64,000 bases of DNA from Candidatus Latescibacterota bacterium (GTDB taxonomy: Bacteria > Latescibacterota > UBA2968 > GCA-2709665), in assembly GCA_965226795.1 (NCBI GenBank), contig CBDDDZ010000005.1, positions 1,664,001 through 1,728,000 of the forward strand, read 5' to 3'. The position numbers and the translations under genes were made by a program. Positions 1 to 10,189 of the stretch are shown here, in pieces; positions within the stretch are counted from its first letter, which is position 1; every line of letters begins with the position of its first letter. The notes beneath the pieces are model-generated. The model was not told the DNA's origin. It did not search any database and saw only the letters and a program-made list of their open reading frames with translations.

Positions 1-1
1 C

Positions 2-1333
2 AAAGGAACCCAAATCAACAAGCTGCTGCTTGCGCTGGATCCCAGGGGCTTTAACGTGAACCCGACCCATCCGGCCAATGACGAAGAGCGCAGAAAGCCC
101 TTCCTGTGGCGTTTCTGGACGAAGATACCCGAGGGAGGGAGAATCGCGATTTTCGACCGGTCCTGGTACGGACGCTTTTTGGTAGAACGAATGGACAAAA
201 CGATCTCTGAACAGGAGTGGGTCCGGGCGTACGGCGAAATCAGGTCTTTCGAAAGACAGCTTGTCGACGCGGGCACGGTTATCGTCAAATTCTTTCTGCA
301 CATCTCCAAGGGGGAACAGAGAAAACGGTTCAGGAAGTTGCAGAGCAGCCCGGCAACGGCCTGGCGAATAACCGATTACGATTGGCAAAAGCACGAGAAC
401 TACCACACATGCCTGACGGTGGCCAAGGAGATGCTGAAAGAAACCCATTCGGAGTTTGCGCGATGGACGCCTATAGCGGCAGAAAACTGGCGATTTGCGA
501 ACATCAAGATCTTCAAAACGGTAATTGAAGCCGTCGAAGGCAGGATTCGTCAACTGGAGGACGGCGATGCCTCCACCCCACCAACTCCGCTGAAACTGGG
601 AAGAACCCCCTCGGGCTTGCTGAAGAAAGTCGATCTGTCACGATCTATGGAGACATCAGACTATCGTAAAGCCCTGAAAAAGTACCAGGCCCGCATCGAG
701 AACCTGGAATTCGAGGTTTTCCGCCGCCGCATTCCGGTTGTCCTGGTCTACGAAGGCTGGGATGGCGCGGGAAAGGGCGGCAATATCAAACGCCTTGTGG
801 AGCATATGGACCCCCGAGGATATGAAGTTATTCCCATTGCGGCGCCCAACGACATTGAGTTGAACCACCACTATCTCTGGCGATTCTGGAATCGAATGCC
901 CAAGACCGGGCACATGGCCATTTTCGACCGTTCCTGGTACGGAAGAGTCCTGGTTGAACGTATTGAGGGGTTTTGTACCAAAACAGAGTGGAAACGCGCC
1001 TACAGAGAAATCAACGAAATGGAAGAACACCTGACCAACTTCGGCACCGTTCTTCTCAAGTTCTGGATGCACGTGGACAAAACCGAGCAGCTCAACAGGT
1101 TCAAGGATCGAAAAAAGAATCCTCACAAACGGTGGAAGCTGGGTGACGAGGATTGGAGAAACCGGGAGAAGTGGGACGAGTACGAGGAAGCGGTGGAGGA
1201 AATGATTCATCGGACCAGCATACCCGACGCACCGTGGGTGATTGTCGAATCCAATTCGAAATATTATGCCAGAATCAAGGTGTTAAAAACCGTTACCAGA
1301 AAGCTGGAAGCGCGTCTCGGCATAAATCACTGA
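2..1333 (+). CDS. pap: Polyphosphate:AMP phosphotransferase (two-domain PPK2), 5'-truncated by window edge
   Basis: Frame open from base 2 (KGTQINKLLLALDPRG...). Two PPK2 domains, each with FDRSWY; second has Walker A GWDGAGKGG. Confidence 0.92.
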   Translation, partial: KGTQINKLLLALDPRGFNVNPTHPANDEERRKPFLWRFWTKIPEGGRIAIFDRSWYGRFLVERMDKTISEQEWVRAYGEIRSFERQLVDAGTVIVKFFLHISKGEQRKRFRKLQSSPATAWRITDYDWQKHENYHTCLTVAKEMLKETHSEFARWTPIAAENWRFANIKIFKTVIEAVEGRIRQLEDGDASTPPTPLKLGRTPSGLLKKVDLSRSMETSDYRKALKKYQARIENLEFEVFRRRIPVVLVYEGWDGAGKGGNIKRLVEHMDPRGYEVIPIAAPNDIELNHHYLWRFWNRMPKTGHMAIFDRSWYGRVLVERIEGFCTKTEWKRAYREINEMEEHLTNFGTVLLKFWMHVDKTEQLNRFKDRKKNPHKRWKLGDEDWRNREKWDEYEEAVEEMIHRTSIPDAPWVIVESNSKYYARIKVLKTVTRKLEARLGINH

Positions 1334-1355
1334 TCCTGTTGCGAGGAGAGTTTGG

Positions 1356-2609
1356 ATGCAAATTAAAGAGATTGATATCACGTTCCTGGACGTGCCGTTC
1401 ACACGACACAGCAACGAACACCTCAAATATTGGCTGCCCCAGTGGCGCATCATCCAGATATGCAGGCTCACGATGGAGAACGGCGTTGTAGGTTGGGGCG
1501 AAACCGTTCACAACTATACCTGGGCCCAGGTGCCCGAACAAATCGAAAGCCGCATACGGAACCGGCCCGCGGCAGAGTTGATGTGGGACGACAGCCTGGG
1601 CGCCGGCGTTCAAATGGCGCTGTTCGACACCGTGGCCAAGAGTCTGGGAGTGCCCGTCTACCGTTTGCTGGGCGAGAAAGTCCGGGACTGGTGCCCTATC
1701 TCCTGGTGGCATATGGACATGCCGCCAGAGGACTGGGCCGTAGAATGCCGGCAGGCGGTGGACGCTGGATATATGAGCGCCAAATTGAAAGCCCGGCCCT
1801 GGTTCGATCTGCATGCGTCGGTTCGGGCCGTACGGGAGGTGGTGCCGGATGGATTCCACCTGGACTTCGACTACAACGGAACGCTGGCGAATTCGGCAAA
1901 TGCCGTACCTCACCTGAAGGAGTTGGAAGCCTATCCCGAGATAGCGATGGTAGAGACCCCGATTCCCCAGAACGACGTGGCGGGCAACCGTCAGATACGC
2001 AGGCGATTCAATCGGCCTCTTGCCATGCATTACGGCAACCCTCCCGCAATCACCGCACTTAAGGAAGACGTGACGGACGGCTTCGTGCTGTGTGCTGGCG
2101 CGTCGCGTTTGTTGAGGCAGGCCGCCGTGTGCGACGAAGCCAACAAACCCTTCTGGCTTCAGCTTGTCGGAACGGGCATCACAACGGCGTGGGCGGCGCA
2201 CCTCGGCGCTGTTCTGGCGCAGGCCAAATGGCCGGCCATCACGTGCATGAACATCTGGGATCATTCGTTAATCGAAATGCCGCACGACGTGCGTGGCGGA
2301 TTCTATCGTGTACCTGAGGCGCCCGGTCTGGGCGTCAACGTCGACAGTGCGGCGTTAACGCGATACGCAGTGTCTCACGCCTGGGTGGACCCACCCCGCC
2401 ATCTCTACCGATACTCCCGTGCCAATGGGGAAATCACCTACTACGCGTGCAACCGACAAGACCTTCACCGGATCTACGTGGAAGACGCACAGCCGATTTC
2501 GGAACCCGGCTCCATTCTGGAAATCGTGTCCGACGACGGCAACGGGACATTCGATCGCCTGTATGAGGCCGCTTCCCGAACGCCGGTAAGGGAAAACGCC
2601 GGGCACTGA
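1356..2609 (+). CDS. Mandelate racemase/muconate lactonizing (enolase superfamily) protein
   Basis: GWGE N-terminal motif, MALFD..AKSLGVPVYRLLG, KLK, D..E metal ligands, PEAPGLGV. AGGAG RBS upstream. Confidence 0.88.
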   Translation: MQIKEIDITFLDVPFTRHSNEHLKYWLPQWRIIQICRLTMENGVVGWGETVHNYTWAQVPEQIESRIRNRPAAELMWDDSLGAGVQMALFDTVAKSLGVPVYRLLGEKVRDWCPISWWHMDMPPEDWAVECRQAVDAGYMSAKLKARPWFDLHASVRAVREVVPDGFHLDFDYNGTLANSANAVPHLKELEAYPEIAMVETPIPQNDVAGNRQIRRRFNRPLAMHYGNPPAITALKEDVTDGFVLCAGASRLLRQAAVCDEANKPFWLQLVGTGITTAWAAHLGAVLAQAKWPAITCMNIWDHSLIEMPHDVRGGFYRVPEAPGLGVNVDSAALTRYAVSHAWVDPPRHLYRYSRANGEITYYACNRQDLHRIYVEDAQPISEPGSILEIVSDDGNGTFDRLYEAASRTPVRENAGH

Positions 2610-2640
2610 TCAATTAAATCCCGTCTCCACCTGGAAATCC

Positions 2641-2671
2641 AAAAGGGGCTTCCTTAATGGAAGCCCCTTTT
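2641..2671. terminator. Bidirectional intrinsic terminator
   Basis: AAAAGGGGCTTCC-TTAAT-GGAAGCCCCTTTT perfect hairpin between convergent genes. Confidence 0.85.
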
Positions 2672-2695
2672 CCCTGTTTACCGATTGCATAGAAT

Positions 2696-4003
2696 TCAGT
2701 TTACAAAGGCATCGTAGATGGCTCGCACTGCCCTCTTGTAGTCCGCCTCTTCCACACCCACGATGATGTTGATTTCAGATGCGCCCTGATCAATCACGCG
2801 GACGTTGACGCGTGCGTCGGCAAGTGCATTGAACAAACGGGCAGCGATGCCGATCCGGTGGGACATTCCTTCGCCGACGGTTGCGATGAGGGCCAATCCC
2901 TGCAACAACTCGACGCGATCCGGCTGCAAGATTCGTTGAATATCGTCGACGAGTCGCTCGCCTTTCTCGCCCAGCTGTTCATCACGCATGATAACCGACA
3001 TCGTATCAATTCCGGATGGTGTGTGTTCATAACTGATATCGTGCGACGCCACCACCTCCAGCACCTGCCGGCCAAAGCCTTTCTGCTGGTTCATCATTGC
3101 CTTTTCGATAAACAACATCGTAAATGCCGGCTGTCCGGCCACGCCCGCAATGAGATCGTCGGTCAATTCCCTGCGGGCCAGAATGCGGGTACCCGTGTCC
3201 TGTGGCCGGTTCGTGTTACGAATATGGATGGGAATCCCCGCTGCGCGTACGGGAAACATGGCCTCGTCGTGGAATACCGATGCCCCCATATATGCCAGTT
3301 CTCGAACCTCTCGGTACGTGATTTCACGGACCGGGCGCGCACCCGGCACCAGGCCCGGATCCGCCATCAGCAGTCCCGATACGTCGGTCCAGTTCTCGTA
3401 GACCTCGGCATCGACGGCCCGTGCCACAATAGCGCCCGTGATATCGGAACCGCCTCTTGAAAACGTCCTCACCGCACCGTCCGGATCGCTGCCGTAGAAT
3501 CCTGGCACGACGAACAACCCGCCGCCATGGACCCGCTCCCCGAGGAGGCGGTAAGTGGCGGGGTCAAGTTGGCCACCGGGACGAAAACGAATGGCTTCCG
3601 CCGGGTCGACGAAGGTTGCTTCCAGATAATCGGCCATCACCCGGCCACACAGGTACTCTCCCCTCGAAGCGACGAAATCCCGGGAAGCCCCTTTTCCAAT
3701 ACTTATCTCCAACTGGTCGAGCAACTGGCAGATATCGAGGGAGATTCCCAGTTTTGCCGCCAGTTCTTCATATCGGGCGCGTACCATTGAGTAGGGCGCT
3801 GAAAAATCCAGACTCTGCCTGGCCAGTTCTTGGCACAGGTAAAGCAAGTCGGTGATTTTCGCATCGGCGTCGTTGCGCTTGCCGGGCGCCGACGGCACAA
3901 CAATACGCCGGCGCGCATCGGATTCGATGATTTTTTTAACCTGTGCCACCTGCCGTTCGTCGGCCAGCGAACTTCCGCCGAATTTACAAACGACTGTTCC
4001 CAT
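2696..4003 (-). CDS. lysC: Aspartate kinase (monofunctional, C-terminal ACT domains)
   Basis: VCKFGGSS, VVPSAPGK, SRGE, TFSRGGSD, WTDVSG, ELAYMGA, QGASEINI. Confidence 0.95.
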   Translation of the reverse strand: MGTVVCKFGGSSLADERQVAQVKKIIESDARRRIVVPSAPGKRNDADAKITDLLYLCQELARQSLDFSAPYSMVRARYEELAAKLGISLDICQLLDQLEISIGKGASRDFVASRGEYLCGRVMADYLEATFVDPAEAIRFRPGGQLDPATYRLLGERVHGGGLFVVPGFYGSDPDGAVRTFSRGGSDITGAIVARAVDAEVYENWTDVSGLLMADPGLVPGARPVREITYREVRELAYMGASVFHDEAMFPVRAAGIPIHIRNTNRPQDTGTRILARRELTDDLIAGVAGQPAFTMLFIEKAMMNQQKGFGRQVLEVVASHDISYEHTPSGIDTMSVIMRDEQLGEKGERLVDDIQRILQPDRVELLQGLALIATVGEGMSHRIGIAARLFNALADARVNVRVIDQGASEINIIVGVEEADYKRAVRAIYDAFVN

Positions 4004-4114
4004 ACCCGGGTTCAACCTCCGATCGGCGCCCGTTCCCTTACCAGCCCTACGCGTTGCCGGTCTGGCGGCGAGGCACCCGCGTCTTCTTCGAGAAAACTGC
4101 CGACACTCCTCGCG

Positions 4115-5035
4115 TCAGGCTGGATTCCGCTTCTGGTACAGGCGAAGCTCCTTCAGCAACTCCCTCACGGACGTGAGTTCCGGATCGATCCGCAACGCCT
4201 CATTCAATGCGTCGATCGCCTTCTGCAAATCGGACGACCCACCGCCCCGTTCGGACAGCCGCCAGTAGCACAGTCCCAGGACATGATGCGCTCTGGCTCT
4301 GTCGTCCTTGTCCAGAAACTCATAAGCCAGGGCCTTCCTGGCAAGGTCGACGCCTTCCCCGTAGCGGGCGGCCCGGAACGTGTAATACGCTGCGAACACC
4401 CTCGCAAGGGCAATTGCTCCTTCTCCGACGCCATATTCCAGTCCCCGACTTACAACGTGGAGCGCTTCGCCATAACGCCTGGCGCCCTCCAGCATGCGCG
4501 CGACATCGATAGCCTGCCGACACAATTTGTCGCGCCAAGCTTTATCCGTTTCTGTCGGACGAAACTCGTATTTCGACCAGAGACTGTCCTGCTGACCCCA
4601 GATTTTTAGCACAGTCTGTATAATTGTAGGATGACGTGTCATGGCGCCGGATCGGGAGGCCAGGTAAGTATTATTGAAAAAATGTCGACCCAGCGCCCGG
4701 ACAACCGGCGGGTATCCCGGCGCGGCCGAATCCACGCGGGTATAGACTGGCACCCATTGGCCGGCACCGAGGGAATCCGATCCCGCCAGCAAGGCCTGGG
4801 CCTTCAAAAGCTGGTCATGACGTTTCGCCGCCTTTTTTCCGGACGGCGTATCTCCATATTCCCTCGAGATCTCGGCATACTGCGCGATCGTCTCAGGCAG
4901 GGTTTCCACCTGCTCTTCCAGGTCTCTGAATACAACATAATACAACCTCTCCGCCTTCTTCGCTTTTCGGGCCGCCTCGTTGTCGCATCCGGCACACAAT
5001 GCCAGACATAGAAATACAGGAATCACTCTCGTCAT
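4115..5035 (-). CDS. Putative lipoprotein with C-terminal tetratricopeptide repeats
   Basis: Signal peptide with lipobox-like CAGC; TPR-like helices (AHHVLGLCY...ALRIDP). Confidence 0.7.
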   Translation of the reverse strand: MTRVIPVFLCLALCAGCDNEAARKAKKAERLYYVVFRDLEEQVETLPETIAQYAEISREYGDTPSGKKAAKRHDQLLKAQALLAGSDSLGAGQWVPVYTRVDSAAPGYPPVVRALGRHFFNNTYLASRSGAMTRHPTIIQTVLKIWGQQDSLWSKYEFRPTETDKAWRDKLCRQAIDVARMLEGARRYGEALHVVSRGLEYGVGEGAIALARVFAAYYTFRAARYGEGVDLARKALAYEFLDKDDRARAHHVLGLCYWRLSERGGGSSDLQKAIDALNEALRIDPELTSVRELLKELRLYQKRNPA

Positions 5036-5153
5036 TACACATCGCTCCCCGAATTTGAGTTTTGGCGCGCTAATTTGCGAGGTCTCGCGGACATCAGGCC
5101 CGCTCGTGACGTCTCACCGGCTGCGGTATCGGAACCGAACGCATACAACCAGG

Positions 5154-6134
5154 CTACTCGATGTCTGCGCGAATGGGCATCTCCGACGCACCCTTCCGGC
5201 TGATCTTGTCGATCAACCTCCGATTGAACTCGCGTGCCGTATGATATCCCTGAATCTTGAGTTGATAATTCAATGCAATGGCCTCCGCGATAACCGTGAT
5301 ATTCTTGCCGGGATAGATCGGCACGGTCACCTGTGGAATCTCCACGTCGAGAATGGACACCCAATCCTCCTCCAGCCCCACACGCTCGTAGGATTCAGTC
5401 TCGACCCATTCGACAAGCTGAACGACGACCTCCACTCGTTTTTGAATCCTAAAAGCGCCGATACCGAACATGTGCCTGACGTTCAGAATACCAAGACCGC
5501 GGATTTCCATATGATCCCGAAGTGTATCGCCGCAGGTGCCAACCAGTATGCCCTGGAGCTTTCTGGAAACCAGCACGATGTCGTCGGCAACCAGCCGGTG
5601 TCCGCGTTCGACGAGGTCCAATGCGATTTCACTCTTCCCAATTCCGCTTCGACCGGTAAACAGCAGTCCGATTCCGTAAACATCCACGAGGGTTCCGTGG
5701 ATGGCGGTCCGGGGCGCAAACACATCATCCAGATAGTATGAAAAGAGGTGGGAAAACTTTGTGGTCGAGAACGGAGTGACCATCAGCGGGATGCGCCGCT
5801 GCCTGGCTAATTTCACCAGAGTCTGGGGGACCTCGTTTCCGTCGGTAACCACCACACAGGGGATGTCGAACTGGAACACGGTTTCCAGTACCATGCGGAG
5901 TCTGCGGGGAGAAAGGCCGTCGATGTACAACATTTCGGAGTTGCCGAGTACCTGTGCGCGGTCGAACGCAAACAGACCCACAAAGCCAGCCAGGACGAGA
6001 CCCGGACGGTGCACATCACTGGAGGTCAGCTTTTTTTCCGTGTTGTCTTTACCGGCAATCAACCTCAGAGCCAGCTTTTCACCGAAGTGTTCCAGGACTT
6101 CCGCAATTGAGATTTCCTGCACACTGCGCTCCAT
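5154..6134 (-). CDS. hprK: HPr(Ser) kinase/phosphorylase
   Basis: RPGLVLAGF, HGTLVDVYGIG, Walker A GRSGIGKSE, LVADD, EIRGLGI. Confidence 0.97.
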   Translation of the reverse strand: MERSVQEISIAEVLEHFGEKLALRLIAGKDNTEKKLTSSDVHRPGLVLAGFVGLFAFDRAQVLGNSEMLYIDGLSPRRLRMVLETVFQFDIPCVVVTDGNEVPQTLVKLARQRRIPLMVTPFSTTKFSHLFSYYLDDVFAPRTAIHGTLVDVYGIGLLFTGRSGIGKSEIALDLVERGHRLVADDIVLVSRKLQGILVGTCGDTLRDHMEIRGLGILNVRHMFGIGAFRIQKRVEVVVQLVEWVETESYERVGLEEDWVSILDVEIPQVTVPIYPGKNITVIAEAIALNYQLKIQGYHTAREFNRRLIDKISRKGASEMPIRADIE

Positions 6135-6260
6135 GGTTTGGCGCCACTGCGAGCACGACAACGAGGATTGAATGACCGAATCCGAACGCCCCGGACGCCA
6201 TCAGGCACCCCGACGACCAACGCACATAACCTTTAGATTTATAGGTTCTTGCAGGAGTTG

Positions 6261-6289
6261 AATATATGTCAAAACACCACCACTGTCAA
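6261..6289 (-). promoter_or_regulatory. Sigma-70-type promoter for hprK operon
   Basis: Minus strand TTGACA-N17-TATATT. Confidence 0.75.
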
Positions 6290-6322
6290 GCAGATGGATC
6301 TCATTGATACAGGACTTCGGGC

Positions 6323-6351
6323 TTGACTTGGTACCGACGAGAGGCTATACT
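6323..6351 (+). promoter_or_regulatory. Sigma-70-type promoter for membrane-protein pair
   Basis: TTGACT-N17-TATACT, divergent from the hprK promoter. Confidence 0.7.
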
Positions 6352-6396
6352 CCGTACACGGTCCGACCGCCGCGATAGCGGAAAATCCGAGGAAGG

Positions 6397-7614
6397 GTGG
6401 ATTCGATGCAAGTAATCGCCAGCTTCTACCTCATCTACGCAATCTGCCTGATCTGCCGAAACCTGTTCGTAAGGCGGAAGCTTGCCGCACCCCTGGACAG
6501 TCTGCGAACAAGCCACCTGCATTTTGTTCCGATCGGGATGGCGGCGGGTTACATCCTAACTATGGAGAGCGAACTTGCAGGGATCGTTGCCGAAATACAA
6601 GAGGGGCTGTTGGGCGTCATACTGGTGTGGTTGGGTATCGTCACCGGTCTTCGGTTCGATTTTCGTCGCCTGGGAAGGCGCACGTCCCGCCACTGTACGC
6701 TTGAAGGTCTTCAGGTCCTGGGAACCGCCGCCATAGTCTTTTTTTTGGCCTTGTTGTGGAGGCCGGTGTTGCGGTACCAGATGGGCATCACGGCCGAACC
6801 CACCCTTATCGCGCTACTGCTGGGTACGCTGGCAACCACGCTCCGGATGCCGGATCGGATATATTACGTCCGATCAGCCCTTGCCACGCCCCCTGTCGAA
6901 AATTCGCCGGCGGGCCCGTTCATCACCAATGCGGTCGGAATGACGCTTCTTACGATTCTGTACCCGTATTGCGCGGGCGGAACCGTTCTCGAACTAGGTC
7001 CCTTCACCCTGGTGAGCACCGGCAGTTTCTGGGCGTTGTACGCGTGCGTGGGGATTCTTCTTGGGCTGTTACTTACCTTTATCTTCGGCACCTTTCAGGA
7101 CGATATCCTGTGCATAATTATCGCGGCCGGTACCGTCGCTACCGTCGGTGGACTCTGTGTAGGAAAGGCGATTCCGGGGGTTGTCATCGGCTTCATCTCC
7201 GGCGTATGGTTCATCAATACGACCACACGGCGCCGGGACGCGCTTGAAATTCTGGAGAAAACCACCGGAATCCTGCAACCCGTCTTTTTCCTGGTTGTGG
7301 GCGGCCTGCTTGCGACACAGAACCTTACTGTGTTACGATTGACGGCTTTCGCCTTTTTGTTCCTTGTAGCCAGAAGTCTGGCGAGGGGTATCAGCCTGAC
7401 GGTTGCCGCCCGCCTGACCCGCTGCCATCTTTCACTCACTGAAATTATCGGCTCTGCCCTCAGGCCCCTCGGGACGTTGTCCGTGGCTCTGGCGGCTCAA
7501 CTTCTCCTATTGGATTCAGGGCCCAATCTTTATGCCCTCATCGCCGCGGTTCTGGTTTCAGCCGCGATTGGTCAGGTGATACCATTGCCCAAACCTCGAG
7601 ACGTTTCCAGCTGA
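6397..7614 (+). CDS. Polytopic membrane protein, probably divergent cation:proton antiporter (CPA) family
   Basis: Roughly 11-12 hydrophobic segments; 'WLGIVTGLRFDFRRL' and 'PVFFLVVG' resemble CPA2 motifs. Confidence 0.55.
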   Translation: MDSMQVIASFYLIYAICLICRNLFVRRKLAAPLDSLRTSHLHFVPIGMAAGYILTMESELAGIVAEIQEGLLGVILVWLGIVTGLRFDFRRLGRRTSRHCTLEGLQVLGTAAIVFFLALLWRPVLRYQMGITAEPTLIALLLGTLATTLRMPDRIYYVRSALATPPVENSPAGPFITNAVGMTLLTILYPYCAGGTVLELGPFTLVSTGSFWALYACVGILLGLLLTFIFGTFQDDILCIIIAAGTVATVGGLCVGKAIPGVVIGFISGVWFINTTTRRRDALEILEKTTGILQPVFFLVVGGLLATQNLTVLRLTAFAFLFLVARSLARGISLTVAARLTRCHLSLTEIIGSALRPLGTLSVALAAQLLLLDSGPNLYALIAAVLVSAAIGQVIPLPKPRDVSS

Positions 7615-7638
7615 GTCAGAACATACGGAAGGTACCGT

Positions 7639-8883
7639 ATGAGACGGTTTCTTATCTGCGTGATCGTGTGTGCGGTTGTCTGGGGAGCCCAACGGCATTT
7701 CCCGGATTCGATCCAGCCCGTGGTATACGTCGGCCTCATGCTGACGGTACCGTTGACCATAGCAAGCACGTTGGCAGGGTCAGGCATTCCTGTCCACGTG
7801 ATACCTCTGTTACTTGGATTTCTGGCCAGCTGTTTCGGATTACAGGTGACGGACGCATTTACTGCGACAGCGCCATTTGCCGAACTTGCACAGGTCTGGG
7901 TCGGCTTGTACCTGGGAGCGAGTTTTTCCTATCACCGGTTTTTCAGCAAAAATCTTGGCGGCGCCGCATTGCTTTCCGTAGGCGCAACATTGGCCCTGGC
8001 ATCGTCGGCGTCTATGTTATTTCTGGATTTTTCGGCCGTGCACGCGATCCGTCTGGGTCTGCTTGCCGCGATGTCCGGCCCCATGATCACGCTCCTTTCT
8101 CAACCGGACAGACGAGAGGCCCTGTCCTTTTCGCTCCTGGTAACGATGTTGGCGCTTTCATTATGGTTCCTCGCGGACCTCATCCTGCGCACACCCGGGC
8201 TGTATCGGGCTATCCCATCCGTGATAGTGTGGGCGGTGGGCGTCGAACTCATAATCAGGATAACGCACACGGTTAGAACCAGATATGGCGGACAGGTTCT
8301 GTTCGGCGCGATTGTGGCGACGCTTTTCGTTTGTGCAAAAATGATGGATATATCCCCCCTCTTTCTGGCGCTCGTGACCGGTGTGGGCGTCTCCGCCCGG
8401 TCAGGGAGGTCCGGTTATTCCCTGCGGGCGATGGAGCCCCTGTCAGTTCCTCTCTCACATTTCGTACTAATGTATTTTGTGGCTGGCCTCGACCTCACCG
8501 GCCTCTTGAAACTCTCCGCGCATCATTGGAAGATTCTGGTCATCTATGTGGCCGCGATGCTTTTTGGCAAAACCGTCGGCGGTTTGTCAGCCAGGCGTTT
8601 TGCGTTTCTATACGTTCGAGACTGGTCACAGGTACTCCCTCAAGGGTTTGTCGTATTCGTACTTCTGTCAGAAGTGTTCTCGGCTGGGACGGAGCCGGAC
8701 CTGCGGGACGGGCTGAGCGCCAGCGTGGTTCTGTTGTGCGGCATTGCCATCCCGTTGCTGATGTCACCTATTCTCGTCCTGTACGAGCGCATGGATCGCC
8801 GGCGCGTTCAGGACTCCACAAAACCGGCCGCAACGGTGGAACAAAAAAAACCACCCACAGGTGGGATGGCCAATCTTCTTTAG
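7639..8883 (+). CDS. Polytopic membrane protein, probably divergent cation:proton antiporter (CPA) family
   Basis: About 12 TM segments; 'ISPLFLALVTG', 'YFVAGLDL', 'GKTVGG', 'LPQG' resemble CPA2 C-terminal motifs. Confidence 0.55.
   Translation: MRRFLICVIVCAVVWGAQRHFPDSIQPVVYVGLMLTVPLTIASTLAGSGIPVHVIPLLLGFLASCFGLQVTDAFTATAPFAELAQVWVGLYLGASFSYHRFFSKNLGGAALLSVGATLALASSASMLFLDFSAVHAIRLGLLAAMSGPMITLLSQPDRREALSFSLLVTMLALSLWFLADLILRTPGLYRAIPSVIVWAVGVELIIRITHTVRTRYGGQVLFGAIVATLFVCAKMMDISPLFLALVTGVGVSARSGRSGYSLRAMEPLSVPLSHFVLMYFVAGLDLTGLLKLSAHHWKILVIYVAAMLFGKTVGGLSARRFAFLYVRDWSQVLPQGFVVFVLLSEVFSAGTEPDLRDGLSASVVLLCGIAIPLLMSPILVLYERMDRRRVQDSTKPAATVEQKKPPTGGMANLL
8843..8869 (-). terminator. Probable intrinsic terminator of minus-strand OMP gene
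   Basis: Minus strand CCATCCCAC-CT-GTGGGTGG followed by T8. Confidence 0.5.
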
Positions 8884-8917
8884 TACGCCAAATCCACTTA
8901 CGATTGACTATTGATTG

Positions 8918-10165
8918 CTAATATAACCATCCAGACAGCGAGAACGTCTGCATGACAAAACGCTCCGAAGCCCCGTGTCTGGTCACGTCACCTCGTCTGC
9001 CAAACTCGATTACGTAACGAAAACTGCCCGCGCCACGGGTTTCGAAGGGCAGTGAAATACCCATGCTTACGCCCGTCTCGTCAATCTGCGAGTCCCCGGC
9101 GGTTTTGAAATAAAGCGACCGATAGTATGCTCCTGCCGTCAATTCGATCCGCCGACGCGTACTGTGGGTATCCGGATCGCCCGTTCTGTAGAGGACTCCG
9201 CCTGCCAGGTCGGTCGTATTATAACGGCCAGATTCCGTTTTTTCCCAGAAAGCACGCTCGAAATCGAGTGCTGCCAGCCAGCGATATCCCGCCCGGTATG
9301 CCAGACCCAAACCGATACTGGCCGGCATTTTCACATCCAGCTTCGAACGGGTCTCCTCTTCGAACCCTATTTCCGCGAAAAAATTGCGCAAAATGCTTGT
9401 CTGGGTGATGGTCGAGGCAGCCCTGAACGCGGCCCCGAAGAACCACTTCCCACCCCCGTTATATACGGCGCCAAACGTGGGTTGCGTGCCGCTGTGCGTA
9501 CGGACGTATCGATCCTCGCTGTTAAGATATTCGGGAATCTGCCGGTTATTGGAATCCACCAGAAAAGCTTCAGCGGATCCGTCCGGCCCCCTCGTACCGA
9601 AATCTTTCGTCCACGTTTCGGTGATGGTCCCGATTGAAATGACACTCAGGTTTCCGCCCAGCAGCACGCTGCCCCACCTGTGTGCGAATCCAAAAGTAAA
9701 CGCCTGGATGCCGCCCGTTGCGTTGACACGCAACGTGTAGGGAACCGCAGAGGTGCTGTCTGTTCTGACAAGATCGAAATCCAGGTCGGTTAACGGCTCC
9801 AGGCCCACGCCAACGACCGTAACGTTCCGAATGGGCAATACGACCTGGAATGCGCCGATATCACCTTCTGAGACCACGTGCCGGCTCCGCCCGTCATTGA
9901 GGGATCGGCGTTGTACAAAGAAGCGACTCTGTACGCCGGCGCGTGAGAATGCAGCGAGAAGCGCGGGATTTGCCGAACTGAAATTCTGGCTGTCCGCAAG
10001 CGCGCGCCCGGCGCCCCCCATGCCCCTTGCCCGCACGTCAACACGGCGTTCGGAATCTCCGACGCCATTGAAGGAGAAGATGGATTTCGCAAAGGTCGAA
10101 TCCACCCAGACGACGAGTACGAGAAAACAACACCACGAAACTGAACCTCTGCCGAAATGACTCAC
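8918..10165 (-). CDS. Outer-membrane beta-barrel, FadL/OmpP1/PorV-like
   Basis: Signal peptide, 'RARGMGGAG...NPALLA' hatch motif, alternating beta-strand pattern, aromatic C-terminus. Confidence 0.75.
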   Translation of the reverse strand: MSHFGRGSVSWCCFLVLVVWVDSTFAKSIFSFNGVGDSERRVDVRARGMGGAGRALADSQNFSSANPALLAAFSRAGVQSRFFVQRRSLNDGRSRHVVSEGDIGAFQVVLPIRNVTVVGVGLEPLTDLDFDLVRTDSTSAVPYTLRVNATGGIQAFTFGFAHRWGSVLLGGNLSVISIGTITETWTKDFGTRGPDGSAEAFLVDSNNRQIPEYLNSEDRYVRTHSGTQPTFGAVYNGGGKWFFGAAFRAASTITQTSILRNFFAEIGFEEETRSKLDVKMPASIGLGLAYRAGYRWLAALDFERAFWEKTESGRYNTTDLAGGVLYRTGDPDTHSTRRRIELTAGAYYRSLYFKTAGDSQIDETGVSMGISLPFETRGAGSFRYVIEFGRRGDVTRHGASERFVMQTFSLSGWLY

Positions 10166-10189
10166 GTTTTTCCTCGAAAGGACGCGTTG

